From Octopus bimaculoides (taxonomy: Eukaryota): 47,715 nucleotides of DNA. The stretch lies in NCBI RefSeq assembly GCF_001194135.2, contig NC_068984.1, positions 94,121,387 through 94,169,101 on the forward strand, given 5' to 3'. Of this stretch, positions 35,244 through 47,686 are shown piece after piece (positions within the stretch are counted from its first letter, which is position 1; each line of letters starts with the position of its first letter). The notes beneath the pieces are model-generated. The model was not told the DNA's origin, made no database searches, and saw only the letters and a program-made list of their open reading frames with translations. Both the position numbers and the translations under genes were made by a program.

Positions 35244-37540
35244 CAGACATGTTAAACTCTTGGCCCGCAGGCCATTTCCGGCCCATGCAGCAATTTCATT
35301 TGGCCCATGGGACCATTTTGATATCAGCATGAAATTGGTTGAAATGGCAACATCAGCAAATACAGGACTTTGTTGCCCTCCACAACACCTATGCCTGCTT
35401 GTTACAACTACCCCTACATAGTGTGTGGCTAAAGTAGGCCATTACATCATATATAACACTGACTGCACTACCTTTCTTACTAAAGGTGTCACCAAAAGTA
35501 GCAATAATTTAATACACAACTAGAAACAACACCATTGTAACTATTACACCCTGCCTGTACAAAAAAAAAACAGATTAAAGAGGCATGATAACACAGTCAC
35601 AAGTCTTAATCATAACTGCAACAAAGCATGCTGGGAAACCTTCGATTCTCTAAGTGCGTATTGTGAAGCACTGATGACGCAAAATCTACTAATCCCACAA
35701 TGCACTGCAATAGCCACCTTACCTTTCTTTCGGGTGATCATTTTCACATGACGTCATTCAGTAGTAGTAGCTATCTATATAAATGCCCAAGAGGAAAGTC
35801 AATGCTGAAAACAGAGCCTTTGAAATTCAGTGGGAAACCGAGTACATGTTTACTGACATTGATGGCAAACCCGTGTGTCTTAATTGTGGTGCTAATGTTG
35901 CTGTAATTAAAGAGTTTAATCTCAAACACCACTTTGAGACAAAACATCAGGACAAGTATAAATACTTCACTGATGAGTAGAAGCAACAAAAGGTAGATGA
36001 GTTGAAGAGGAATCTCACATTACAACAGACTTTTTTAACCAAAGCAAAATCACAAAGTGAAGCTGCTGTTATAGCAAGTTTTATTGTGGCAGAGGAGATT
36101 GCAAAATCAGCCCAGCTATTTACCGAAAGACAGCTGATGAAGAGCTGTATGATGAAAATGTGTCCAGACAAGAAGCAACTGTTTGCTAATGTGAGTATTA
36201 GCAGAAATACGGTTGCTGATTGGGTGTGTGAGATGGCCACTGATTTGAAAACACAGCTGATTGAAAAAGAAAAAAAGATTTTCTTGCATACTCTCTTGCT
36301 GTGGATGAGACTACTGACATGACTGATACAGCACAGCTGGCTATCTTCATCGGTAGAGCGTTTGTTTGTCATGGAGGAAATTTTGGACATTAAATCGATG
36401 CACGGAACAACAGGAAAGGACCTTTTTGAAAAAATGTCAGAAACCGACACGAAACTGCCTTGGGACAAACTTGGTCTTACAATAGATGGAGTACCACCAA
36501 AGTATGATGAAAAAGTAGACAAGTGAGTAGGACACATTTAAAGATGCAAGAAGAGAACTGCACTGGTGAGTGGACAACATATCACTTCATCAAACACCAG
36601 GAAATGCTCTGTGCTAAACCCTTTAAAATGGAACATGTAATGAGCACTGTAATGCAAACCGTAAATTTTATCTGAGCCAAAGGATTGAATCACTGCCAAT
36701 TTCAGTCTTTCTTGCGGGAAATACATTCAGAGTTCGGTAACATGCCTTATCATATGGAGTTGCAGTGGCTCGGTCGGGGAAAGGTCCTCAATATAGTTTC
36801 TGAGCTGCTTGAGGAGATATGTCAGTTCGTGGACAGTAAAGGAAAAGAATCCAAAGTTCTGTGGGATGAAAAGTGGAAATGCTAGTTGGTGTTTCTGGTT
36901 GACATAACTGCGCATCTCAATGTTTTAAGCGTCCAGCTCCAGGGACGGGATCGCATGATCTGTAATATGTACGATACAGTGAAGGCACTTCAAGTGAAGC
37001 TGCACTTATGGGAGACACAAATGCACCAAATGAACTTGTCTCACTTTCCCTGTTGCCAAGTCAGTGCTATGGTGTTCCCAAAGCAACACTTTGCTGATAA
37101 ATTGAGTGCACTCCACACTGAATTCGCATGGCGCTTTAGAGATTTTGAAGTACAGAAATAATTTTGAGTTGCTTTGCAATCCATTTGCCATCAATGTGGA
37201 AACTGCACCTGTACAGATTCAAATGGAGTTGAGAGAGCTGCAGTGTAATGGGACATTAAAGGCAAAGTATGACTCTGTGGGGCCCACACAGTTCACTCGC
37301 TTCATACTTGAAGCAATGCCCCAGCTCTGTTTACATGCAACTCGAACGCTGTCTTTGTATCTGTGCAAGCAGCTATTCTCTGTGACGATGAATAAAACAT
37401 CGCATAAGAGTCGTCTCACAGATGAACACCTGGAATCCATCCTGAGAATCTCAACAACACAGAACCTTGCCCCAAACATCAATGAACTTGTTGCCAAGAA
37501 AAGATGCCAAATATGTGGGTCGAACAAAATTGCATAAAGA
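35244..37540 (+). mobile_element. hAT element of the SPIN/GTF2IRD2-like Buster group (5' end present, 3' TIR not found)
   Basis: 5' end CAGACATGTTAAACTCTTGGCCCGCAGGCC resembles CAGGCATGTCCAAC..GGCCCGCGGGCC hAT termini and is followed by the transposase. Confidence 0.8.
35783..37537 (+). pseudogene. GTF2IRD2/EPM2AIP1-like hAT transposase pseudogene
   Basis: BED-like CLNC..NLKHHFETKH, then SISRNTVADW, AVDETTDMTDTAQLAIF, SMHGTTGKDLF, WLGRGKVL, LSVQLQG and SRLTDEHLESILRI. Stops and frameshifts; catalytic E degenerate (CKQLFS). Confidence 0.92.
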
Positions 37541-39481
37541 AAATTGAAAGTTTTGATTTATTATAATTTTCACTAGAAAGCACATATCTTAATCTCCATA
37601 TTTAAACTGCATTTAAATTTGGCAAGCTTACCGTTACCTATTCTGAGTTACTTGAAAGGTGATGTTCCTTTCCCTCTCTTCTATTGATACCTTTGTTTAC
37701 CTACCAATACGTTGTTTCACTTTATGGATGCTTATTTACCCGTCCATTATGATATTTTGAACATGATATCTTTTCACTGCAAACTGCTAAAGATTCAAAG
37801 CAGCATTCGTGAACTGAAATAAAACTCTTCATGTCTTCATTTTTCATTACCTGAAGTCAATTTCAGAGTGGTCGAACACTGTAAGCACATAGCAAATACA
37901 TTCCTTTATATTGTCATTTCCGAACGTACCAATCATACTTCTTTCCAAAAAAATAGCTCCCTTTGCAGTTAAATAAAATAAACTCGCAGGGGAAAGTTTC
38001 AACGTCTTCCTTCAATTAACTTACACCGTTTATGTGGCTGTTTCTGACAAGAAATTTCACTTTTATGTAAAACAACTATATTTTGTAGTCATTATCAATA
38101 ATCTACTCCCAAAACACTTCAGTAGCTCTACTTAACATTGCTTGCAATGACCTCCACAGTAACCAGCCTTCAATTTGGTTTTCCATTCCTAAGATAATCG
38201 GATACATAGATTGCCATGCTACTCAACTTCCTTGGTAGTACAATTATTTGGTGAAAAAAATACCACCAAAGCAACTTAAACCATCTAAAGGACAGGTGTG
38301 TTTGCTAGTATGAAATGATTCTAACATATGTATAGTCTATCTCATTATCAAGTATGAAAATGAAAGTAAAATAAAAGGAAATGTAAAACTGAAACAGAAA
38401 TAGCTATATCAAAAATAGTAAAAAATTTGCACAAAGACTAAACTGTACTAAAATGAAACTGTGCATACAATACCATGCAAACTGAGGGACAACTTTATAT
38501 GTAATGTGTACTTGGCTATGCCTTCAAAGTTAGATGTTTTTGAGGGCCAATGCATTAAACATGAGAAATGAATAACTCTTGATAGAACTGACCTATCACA
38601 AGTAACATCCAAGTGGAGGGAAAAAAACTTTTCTACTTGTCCAATGGTAGATCAGGATAAAAAATAAAGTTATAGCTTAGGCAGTAAAAACTGTCAGGGC
38701 ATTATTTAAGAAATAGTATCTACCAAACACTTACCTTTTAAAAATTGATACTGTATGCGTTTAGAAATGACACTTACCTAAAAAGAAATAGGGAAAAATA
38801 TAATTAGTGATTAGTGTATTTCATAAATTAAAAAAACAGCTATCAAAGAAAGATTTTTCTCTTTCCATTTTAATATTTTCAAATGTGATAAAATAACAAG
38901 AGTTGGCATAAATAGTGATGAACTGTACATGATTCTGGTCTAGATTTCAAAGTCTATTGAAATCAATTTTACTTTTTATTACTTTAGTGTTGATAAAATC
39001 AGTGCTAGTACATATCTATAGTAGATTAGCCTTGTGCTGCGACTAAAAGAAACATGTAAGTTGAGTTTATTCAGCTGAGATGAAGTGTTAGTTAATTGTC
39101 TGTTTTGAATTTAAATCATACAATATCCAAGATTTTCTTTTATCTGATTATCAGTTTCTATAATCAATATATAAGAGCTTATAATATGATAAGGTGGATC
39201 TTCAACCAAAGAAATATTTTCATTATTATAGATTAGTATCACATAGTTCTAACTGTGAATCACTAATATTTCATGTTGGATTTCATTATATTACTGACAC
39301 TTATTGATAAAAAAAGGATCAATAATATACTAGAACTTAGTCAAGTGAAATACTCCAGCTCAATAGAATCCTCAAAAAACAACTTTTAATGTCGGAATTA
39401 CAACTTAGTTTCTTTCAAGAGCACTAAGACACCATCAATAGGCATTTGAAGGAAACAGTTCTTCACTACATGAACAGCATA

Positions 39482-40729
39482 CAAGGTGCACTGTAAAAAA
39501 TTCCCGAACATCTGAATAAGTTTATTTTATCAAATTTAGTTTGAAATTGCACAAAAGTAATTAAAATGTGCTCCTTGACATTCAGTTGCTCATGTACACT
39601 CCACTGTTTGTTTACATTTGGTGAGTAAAACATTTCAATATGGCAGCTAACAGGCAAAGTGAAATTGTGGCTTCAAGGGTTAGTGTTGATCCCAAAACAG
39701 TCTATAATGTCTTGAAACACTACAGTGAGACAGGTTCAATCGACAGCAAATCTATTCTTGCTTGAAAATGACCTGTAAGGACAAATAAATTGGTGGATGC
39801 TGTCTGAAAGAGAACGTTGTGAAATCCATGGCAGAGCATGAGGCAAATGGCTAAAAGTCTCAATATCACCCAGACAACCATGCAACAGGTTGTGCATGAA
39901 GACTTAAATTGCAAGTCATTAAAACTACAATGTCAATGCCTAATTTCAGCCACTTCCAAAGCAAAGAGACTGGGCAAGTGCAAGAAAATGACAGAGGAGA
40001 TTCAAAGCACCAGTAACATCTTCATCTGGTTGGACAAAAAGAAGCTGTAACAAACACTGAGAATTATAGGATTTTTGCCACGAGGTTGGATGCTGTTGTT
40101 GAAGGTGCCTGTAAGGTGTTTTGCCAAAATAAACCCACTGGAGTGATGCTTTGGACAGCATCTGATGGTGGAAAATCTCCTCTGGTGTTCATTAAAGAGG
40201 GGATGAAGGTCAATTCAGCAATTTATATGAAAATATTGGAGGATAATGTTTTGCCATGGGTGACTGAAGCATTTGAAAATAATTATGTATTACATATTCA
40301 TGCAAGACAGTACCTCTTCTCATATATCGAATGTGACACAGTAATGGTGCAGGAGCCATTTCAGCAGGTTCTGGGACAAGAATGTGTGAATCCACCCCAC
40401 CCCTCCAGCCCAGACATCACCCCTATGGACTTTGCTATTTGGTGCATTCTAGAAAGTGATGTTTCAAGAGTTTCTTACAGAAATATCACCAGTAGGAAGA
40501 AAGCCTTAGTCATGTCATGGGATTGTTTAAGTGAAGAAGTCATCTGACATTCACGTGACTCTGTTCTTGGTTACCTTCAGGCAACACTGAAGGCTAAAGG
40601 TGGACATATTGAATGAAATGTATCTTAATATATGTTACAATTCTAAAGAACTCATGTGTTTTTATGTTCTTACTCATGTATTTTTATGTCCTAAAAAATC
40701 AACCAAGGAATTCTCTATGGCACACCCTA
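39482..40729 (+). mobile_element. Tc1/mariner-superfamily DD37D (maT-like) element, ~1.25 kb
   Basis: TA at 39480-39481, then a degenerate 23-bp TIR CAAGGTGCACTGTAAAAAATTCC; the right TIR (rc) is TAGGGTGTGCCATAGAGAATTCC. Transposase remnant 39640-40616: SMRQMAKSL, VMLW...KSPLVF..GMKVNSAIY, PSSPDITPMDFAIW, KAKGGHIE*. Confidence 0.8.
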
Positions 40730-41496
40730 TCTAACAAAAAAAGTCAATATAAGTGCTAGACATTGCTATTTATTCTCAATGATCTCTAATGGCAACCTTA
40801 CAAGATATGAATTGCTAAAACTGCACTTTAAAGAAAAAATTCAATTCTCATCCATTGTGTACTTTTGTGCACAAATTTTCCTTTTCATTTCCCAAACCAC
40901 TTCAATACAACTAATCAACTCTAGAGACAGTGCTCTAATATAGGAAATCTATTAATATATTCCAAATGTTCAAGATTATTTATGATCATGCATAATGACC
41001 AATGAATCTACTGTGTATTTAATAACTGTATCTTCTCAGTGTATAATATTAATAAAATACTTATGTATTTATACAAAATAAATTATATAATTAAAATCAT
41101 CAATAAAGTTTTTAGTTTTCCTTTAAAGTTAGGTGAATTGTTTTTAATCAACAATGGGTAATGGTCAGTGAATATGTTGGATACTATTTCTGATAGACAG
41201 ATTTAAATTAACATTCTACTGTTTCTAAATAGATTCAAAGCTTTTCTCAACTCTGCTTTATGTTTTCTCATGCTTAGAGTTTGCAAGCCTAAAATGAATG
41301 GCATTTATATTAAAAATAGAAAACCCTACAAATCTTAGAAATGTTGGTGATCTCTTCAACTCTCCTAAAAACATATGATTTAATACAATGATGTGTGCAT
41401 GTTTTACTTCTACTATTTAATACATTATGTGTGCATTTTATGTGCAGTTGTGTTCAGACATAGACACTGTTCGGTGCTCTTGCCATTGATCTAGTG

Positions 41497-41953
41497 CAGG
41501 GGGTCACCAAAGGGGGTCTGGGGGACCCCTAGAAGTCGGCAAGGAATTAAGGGGGGGGGGATATCGGCATGCAAAAGACCAGCTCAACCAGATGAACTAC
41601 TTGATCCCTCACACTGATGCTGTCAATTTCAATAAAAGATATTCCAACAATATGATGCACTTTCACATTTTCTAACTGTGAAAACAATTTCATAAAAATT
41701 GAAAGTTTAACACTGTATACTCGTATCCATAGTTTTAGATGTAAAAAGTGTGTTATCTTCAATAGAATTTCTTAATTTGTCACACATGTATAGTTTAGCT
41801 AACATTTTAATTGCCAGCATCAGTATCCGGTTCACATTTAAGATATGGTATGGCAGGGTAAAGGATTGAGATATTTTAAATGAGGAGGGTGGTCAATGTG
41901 GAAGGAGAAGTAGCTAAAGGGGATTGATGGTTGTAAAAGACTAGCGACCCCTG
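41497..41953. mobile_element. 457-bp non-autonomous hAT element (MITE)
   Basis: TIRs CAGGGGGTCACCA and CAGGGGTCGCTA (rc). 8-bp TSD ATCTAGTG (41489-41496) and TTCTAGTG (41954-41961), similar to the nTCTAGAn Charlie preference. Confidence 0.85.
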
Positions 41954-41989
41954 TTCTAGTGGTACATCTAGGGTGCGATAGCTAGAAGG

Positions 41990-42120
41990 GGAGAGGGCTA
42001 GTGCTCATTTCAACTGAGTAGACCTCATGCAAAGTGAAATAAAGTATGTTAATTGTCCGGGTATTGAACCCACAGCCTTATAATCATGAGTACAACACAC
42101 TAACCACTATGCCACATACC
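41990..42120 (-). mobile_element. tRNA-derived SINE, 5' part
   Basis: Minus strand: A box TGGCATAGTGG and B box GGTTCAATACC, followed by TTTATTTCACTTTGC..CTACTCAGTTGAAATGAGCAC, a SINE core-like sequence. Confidence 0.65.
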
Positions 42121-44112
42121 TATACCACACACACCTCTCCCTCAAGCATATGCAATACATTAATGAATTGGACAGAATGCTAGCAGTATTTGATCTGGAT
42201 TTTTTTAATTCTGAGTTCTCAGACAGAAGCAACACCTCCTCCCCAGTTATAGGTCAAATAATTCTGTTCTAGTTTGTTACCATGGATAGGTAAGATATGG
42301 GAATATGCATCACTGCATCCACAATTTGTCAGTATTTGCCTGGGTTGTCCAATGCAACACTCTGAGCAATGTCCTAGTCAGTGTCTTTGAGATACTTCTT
42401 CTTCTACTATGAGCATGTGACAAGTGGCTGACCAACATGAGCCATCACCCCAGCCAGATCCTCAGAGAAGGGAACATGATAAACAAGGTCCAATTCAGAA
42501 AATCAAACAACATGACCAAGCAGTCTGAGCTGATGCCCTCAAATCACACAAATAACAGGAGGCATCCCAGTTTCTGAATATAGTCATTGGTTGGATAAGC
42601 ATCTTGGTACAAGCAGAGTTCAGGACCATGGACAGCATCCGAGTCTCTCAACAATATAGCAAGTCAGGGAGCAACAGAGAGGCCTATATCCAACACGATG
42701 GCAATGCTTTTATCCATTAGATAAATATTGCATTGATAGTAGCTGAATATAGTAACAATTGTTTGACTGAGCAGACATAGCCAAAATGCCCAACTATATA
42801 GTTGAATGATAAGTTAAAAGATACTGTTTTAAATTCTAAAGAAAGTTAAAATTTGTTCCACTTAAATGTATATGTTCTATTAAAACAAACTACACTGTAG
42901 TAGATACCATGAAAGGAACACACATTTTGGCATTTGGTGCAAAATGCACTCTTGTCTATATTGCTAGCTGGGAAATAAATTTGCACCATCTCCAGTGTCG
43001 AGAACACTTTATTATGTGATTTTGACCATCCTTGCTCTCATCAATGATAGATGTTTGACTGCTAGAGATAGCAGTGACTCATCTCCCTGCCAGCAATATC
43101 TAGAAAAAACAATGCCAGAAGAGGTACAGATGTTGCAATTAGCCAGTGAGCTTGTTGAAAAATATATATTAGCAACACAGGTAAAATTTATCCCCACTTC
43201 AACGTGGATATTCTGTTAGAACAAACCATACTGCAATAGATATCATGAGAGAAATGCACTCTTGTTTATATTGCTGGTAAGGAGATAAATCCTTGCCATC
43301 TCCACCTTGCCAAATTGCAGCCTACTGGTGAACAAGTTAAGCACATACATGAAGTATGTGCATTTGATAATGTTTACAACACTAGAGCTACTTCTAATTC
43401 ATATCTGAATTTATTCTTATATATGCATTGTTGGAGCATACCAGCAAATGAATTTTAAACTATTTGTGTATAGTAATGGACTGGTAATTTAGTTTGCCAT
43501 CAATTTGGTTCAGGTATGTTGATAAGCCACAAAAAAATAGTGAACATCAATGTCCATCACTCATGAATGGGATTTGGGGTAAGTTGTCTAACTTCTCTCT
43601 CAAATAGAGAGATATCTTTTCTGTTGTCACAAATTTTGAAATTTTAAATGTATGTGAAAATTTTCAAATTTGGTATATTGATGTACCTTTGCATGCTGGA
43701 TCTGAGTTTGTGGTTCATTTATTCCAGAAAAATATTAGAAAAATGTTACACATCCTCCTCCCCTTCTATCTGCTGCCCACACATGACACATGACTGATTT
43801 TCTTTTCTCTGCCTTCTCGTCATTGGATATCTTGTGTGCTGGACAACTTTTTCTCTGCTCTTATGAATTCTTTCTTCATATCCATTTGAGGATTTCTTCC
43901 AGGCATTAACCATCATTCTCATGTTTGGCCGAAAAGCCTTATTTATTGTCTTCGTCTATCGTTTCAAATTACAAAATTCGAAAACTAAACGAGGCAGCAC
44001 ATATGCTAGGACATAACCTCCTAAGCAGACCTGAGTAGCATATGGGAACAGGTATTAAGGAAGGATAGGAAAATATTAGATTTATAAGCCTTAAAATTCA
44101 CTCCATAATTGC

Positions 44113-44185
44113 TCACAGGTATGGTATAATGGTTAAGAGCGCGGGCTACTAACCCCAAAATTCTGAGTTTGATTCCAGGCAGTGA

Positions 44186-44217
<32 letters not shown>
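44113..44217 (+). mobile_element. 5' half of a tRNA-derived SINE with internal (TAA)n
   Basis: A box TGGTATAATGG (44122-44132), anticodon-like stem-loop CGGG-CTACTAA-CCCC, B box GAGTTTGATTCC (44165-44176), then (AAT)n. Confidence 0.8.
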
Positions 44218-44218
<1 letters not shown>

Positions 44219-44240
44219 ACAAATTATAATAATAATAATA

Positions 44241-45563
44241 AACGAACTATCTAAAATAGATAGGAAAACAAGAAAAATAATGACAGGATCTAGGATGCAC
44301 CACCCAAAATCTGACATAGAAAGGCTATATATATAATGTACAGAAGGTGGTAGGGGTCTTATACAGCTGGAAAACTATTATAAAATAACCACCATAGGAC
44401 TGCAAAAATACCTACTTCAGAAGCAAGGAAAACTAATACAAATGGCCACAAAACACGAGCAAAACAAAAAACTGTTTTCAGTATTTAAGGAAGTTGACAA
44501 ATACAAACAATAAAGAAGAAGAAGAAGAAGAAGANNNNNNNNNNNNNNNNNNNNNNNNNNNNNNNNNNNNNNNNNNNNNNNNNNNNNNNNNNNNNNNNNN
44601 NNNNNNNNNNNNNNNNNNNNNNNNNNNNNNNNNNNNNNNNNNNNNNNNNNNNNNNNNNNNNNNNNNNNNNNNNNNNNNNNNNNNNNNNNNNNNNNNNNNN
44701 NNNNNNNNNNNNNNNNNNNNNNNNNNNNNNNNNNNNNNNNNNNNNNNNNNNNNNNNNNNNNNNNNNNNNNNNNNNNNNNNNNNNNNNNNNNNNNNNNNNN
44801 NNNNNNNNNNNNNNNNNNNNNNNNNNNNNNNNNNNNNNNNNNNNNNNNNNNNNNNNNNNNNNNNNNNNNNNNNNNNNNNNNNNNNNNNNNNNNNNNNNNN
44901 NNNNNNNNNNNNNNNNNNNNNNNNNNNNNNNNNNNNNNNNNNNNNNNNNNNNNNNNNNNNNNNNNNNNNNNNNNNNNNNNNNNNNNNNNNNNNNNNNNNN
45001 NNNNNNNNNNNNNNNNNNNNNNNNNNNNNNNNNNNNNNNNNNNNNNNNNNNNNNNNNNNNNNNNNNNNNNNNNNNNNNNNNNNNNNNNNNNNNNNNNNNN
45101 NNNNNNNNNNNNNNNNNNNNNNNNNNNNNNNNNNNNNNNNNNNNNNNNNNNNNNNNNNNNNNNNNNNNNNNNNNNNNNNNNNNNNNNNNNNNNNNNNNNN
45201 NNNNNNNNNNNNNNNNNNNNNNNNNNNNNNNNNNNNNNNNNNNNNNNNNNNNNNNNNNNNNNNNNNNNNNNNNNNNNNNNNNNNNNNNNNNNNNNNNNNN
45301 NNNNNNNNNNNNNNNNNNNNNNNNNNNNNNNNNNNNNNNNNNNNNNNNNNNNNNNNNNNNNNNNNNNNNNNNNNAAACACCAGGACTTACAAATATATAT
45401 AACATACAAAAAATTGCACTACTGGGCACTGCACACATCCTACGCAAAACACTTTCAATACAGTAACCATAAGAGCATCACAGCAAACCACAGCACATAC
45501 CTAAGGCACACAGAGCTGCGCTCGGTAGTGAAATGAAAGTACGTTATAAAAATAAAACTACTG
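44241..45563 (+). mobile_element. 5'-truncated R4/Dong-type RLE non-LTR retrotransposon inserted in (TAA)n
   Basis: IDRKTRKIMT..MHHPKSDIERLYI*..EGGRGL from 44241. C-terminal IQKIALLGTAHILRKTLSIQ* (stop 45464-45466). (AAT)n on both sides. Confidence 0.85.
44535..45374. other. Assembly gap (840 N) after (GAA)n
   Basis: N run. Confidence 1.
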
Positions 45564-45589
45564 AATAATAATAATAATAATAATAATAA

Positions 45590-45732
45590 CAGCAACATCG
45601 AAAAATACCTTAGGGATGAGAACCCAGGTTCGAAATTTCCCCAAGACACCTGATGAAGGCTGGAGGGTATATCAGCTGAAACATTGTGTTAACAACAAAC
45701 AAGATGCGGACAAATATCCATCAAATGTAAAT
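45590..45732 (+). mobile_element. 3' half of the same SINE
   Basis: Follows (AAT)n at 45564-45589. Contains a B-box-like GGTTCGAAA (45627-45635) and the hammerhead-like motif. Continuity with 44113-44217 is inferred. Confidence 0.65.
45645..45690 (+). ncRNA. Minimal type-I hammerhead ribozyme-like motif (slightly degenerate)
   Basis: Stem I GACAC/GUGUU, core CUGAUGA (45650-45656), extra A, stem II GGCUG/CAGCU, GAAA (45678-45681), then CAUU. Confidence 0.6.
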
Positions 45733-46628
45733 GTGTATATATACACATTACTTTAATTAATTAGATTATTTATTAAAAAAAATTTTAATTTGCAAATATT
45801 ATACTAATGTTTTTTCATGCAGAACTACATTTCATCAAAATATTCTCTCCAAAATTGAATGTTTGAAAGAAAAGTGGGGGGACAGTACATTTTGTATTCT
45901 AAATATAACTCAAAGAGGAGAAAGAGAAGGAAGAGGAAGCAAAAAGACTTTCAGTGATGACCACACTGCACCTGTGTTATTTATTTATTTTGTATTATTA
46001 TTTTTTTTAAGGTCACCATCCTTAAACCCATTCCAATACAATGGTAAATGACTAAATAAATAAATGAATGGTGAATAGGAAGGGGGATCCCCTTCTCTCT
46101 CTCTCTCTCTCTACCTACCCATCCACCTACCTACCTACCTACCTATATTTCTATCTCCATTGTCAATGGAATCTCACACACAAAAAAAAAACAATGTTCT
46201 CTTCTTCTAAACAAAACCTGTTTTATATAAATGAATAAGCTGCTTGTACATTCTCGAAATTTTATTTGACAAATTCAAGAAACAAACAAAAGCACTAATA
46301 ATAATGAAGAGATAAAATTATTTTTTTCCAAAATTCTGATGACATTTTGGGGTCTTGTTGTTTGTAATTTTTGGTGAGCCATGGTGCAACCAACATGGTA
46401 AAAATATAAGGTAAAATCTTAAATTATTAATTGACACGCTATTAATTATCTTATAACAGTAATGCCTGGAAAAATCATGGATTACATGGAAAAATGCGGA
46501 CATGAAAAGTACTATTCTTAAGATTATAAACCTGGAAAAGTACAGGACAAGTTATTACACCTGTAAACATATAGGACAAACTATTACTTCAAGTAAAGTA
46601 AAGAATAAGACACTTTTTACTTAAAATA

Positions 46629-47637
46629 TTGCAGCTAAAAGAGCATTTGAGGCACATAATGCTTTATGAGTACAAAAAAGGAAATTCTGCAACCGAAGTG
46701 ACTCGAAACATACACTCAGTTTATGGGAAAGAATGCTTGAATGAAAGAACTTGCAGAAGATGGTTTGCAAAATTCAAAAGTGGAGATTTCAGCCCTAAAG
46801 ATGAAGATTGAACAGGATGTCCAGTTGAGTTTGATGATAAGCTCCCTTGAGGCATTACTTGAAAGAAATCCTGCATTATTAGTTGAAGAATTGGCAATAA
46901 AGCTTAGTTCAAACCATACAACTGTTCATCATCATCTTCCACAACTTGGAAAGGTTCCTACATGAATTGTCCAAAAGCAACTGCAAATCCCATGTTCCCA
47001 TATGCTCTTGTCTCCATTCTTGCGAACTCATTTCACCCTTTTCGGATAGACTTGTGACTGGTGACGAAAAATGGATCTTCTATCAAAATGTTAAACGTCG
47101 TAAACAGTGGCTTGGGAAAAGTGAAAAAGCTCAACCACAACCGAGAAGGGAACTTCATGGGGAAAAGATTCTTCTCTCTATCTGGTGGGATTGCAAAGGA
47201 GTAATTCACTTTGAATTGTTACCACCTAATGCAACAATCAATGCTAAAGTCTACTGTCAGCAATTAGAGCGTTTGAACCAAGCTTTGAAGGAAAAAAAGA
47301 CCTGCTTTAGTGAATCGAAAAGCAGTGATGTTTCATCAGGACAATGCGCGACCCCATACTGCAAAGATCACATTACAGAAGATCAAAGAACTTGGTTGGG
47401 AAAAAAATTTCTCATCCACCTTATTCTCCCGACCTTGATCCTTCAGACTACCATTTGTTTCATAGTTTATAGAATTATTTGGGGGACATCACTTTCGCAA
47501 GCCAGAAGGAGGTCGAAACTAACATTTCAGAGTTCTTTGCTTTGAAATCAAAAGAGTTTTACATTGATGGAATTAAAAAGCTTGTAAATAGATGGAAGGA
47601 AATCGTAGAGAATCGAGGAAACTATATTGATGGTTAA
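46629..47637 (+). pseudogene. DD34D mariner (Mos1/SETMAR-like) transposase pseudogene
   Basis: EHLRHIMLYEYKKG..RRWFAKFKSGDFS, VTGDEKWIFY, LSIWWD, HQDNARPH, PPYSPDLDPSDYHLF and RWKEIVENRGNYI. Several frameshifts and stops. Confidence 0.92.
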
Positions 47638-47686
47638 ATTGCTATTAAATATAACATTTGATCACTTGTTTTCTTTATCCAAAATT

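Noticed and set aside
42270-42700. Possible GIY-YIG fragment (CSECCIGQPRQ on the minus strand)
   Set aside because: Only one weak motif and no supporting flanking motifs.
44113-44188. Functional tRNA gene
   Set aside because: Imperfect acceptor and T stems, an implausible ACT anticodon and no T-run terminator. It reads into a repeat body, so it is a SINE head.
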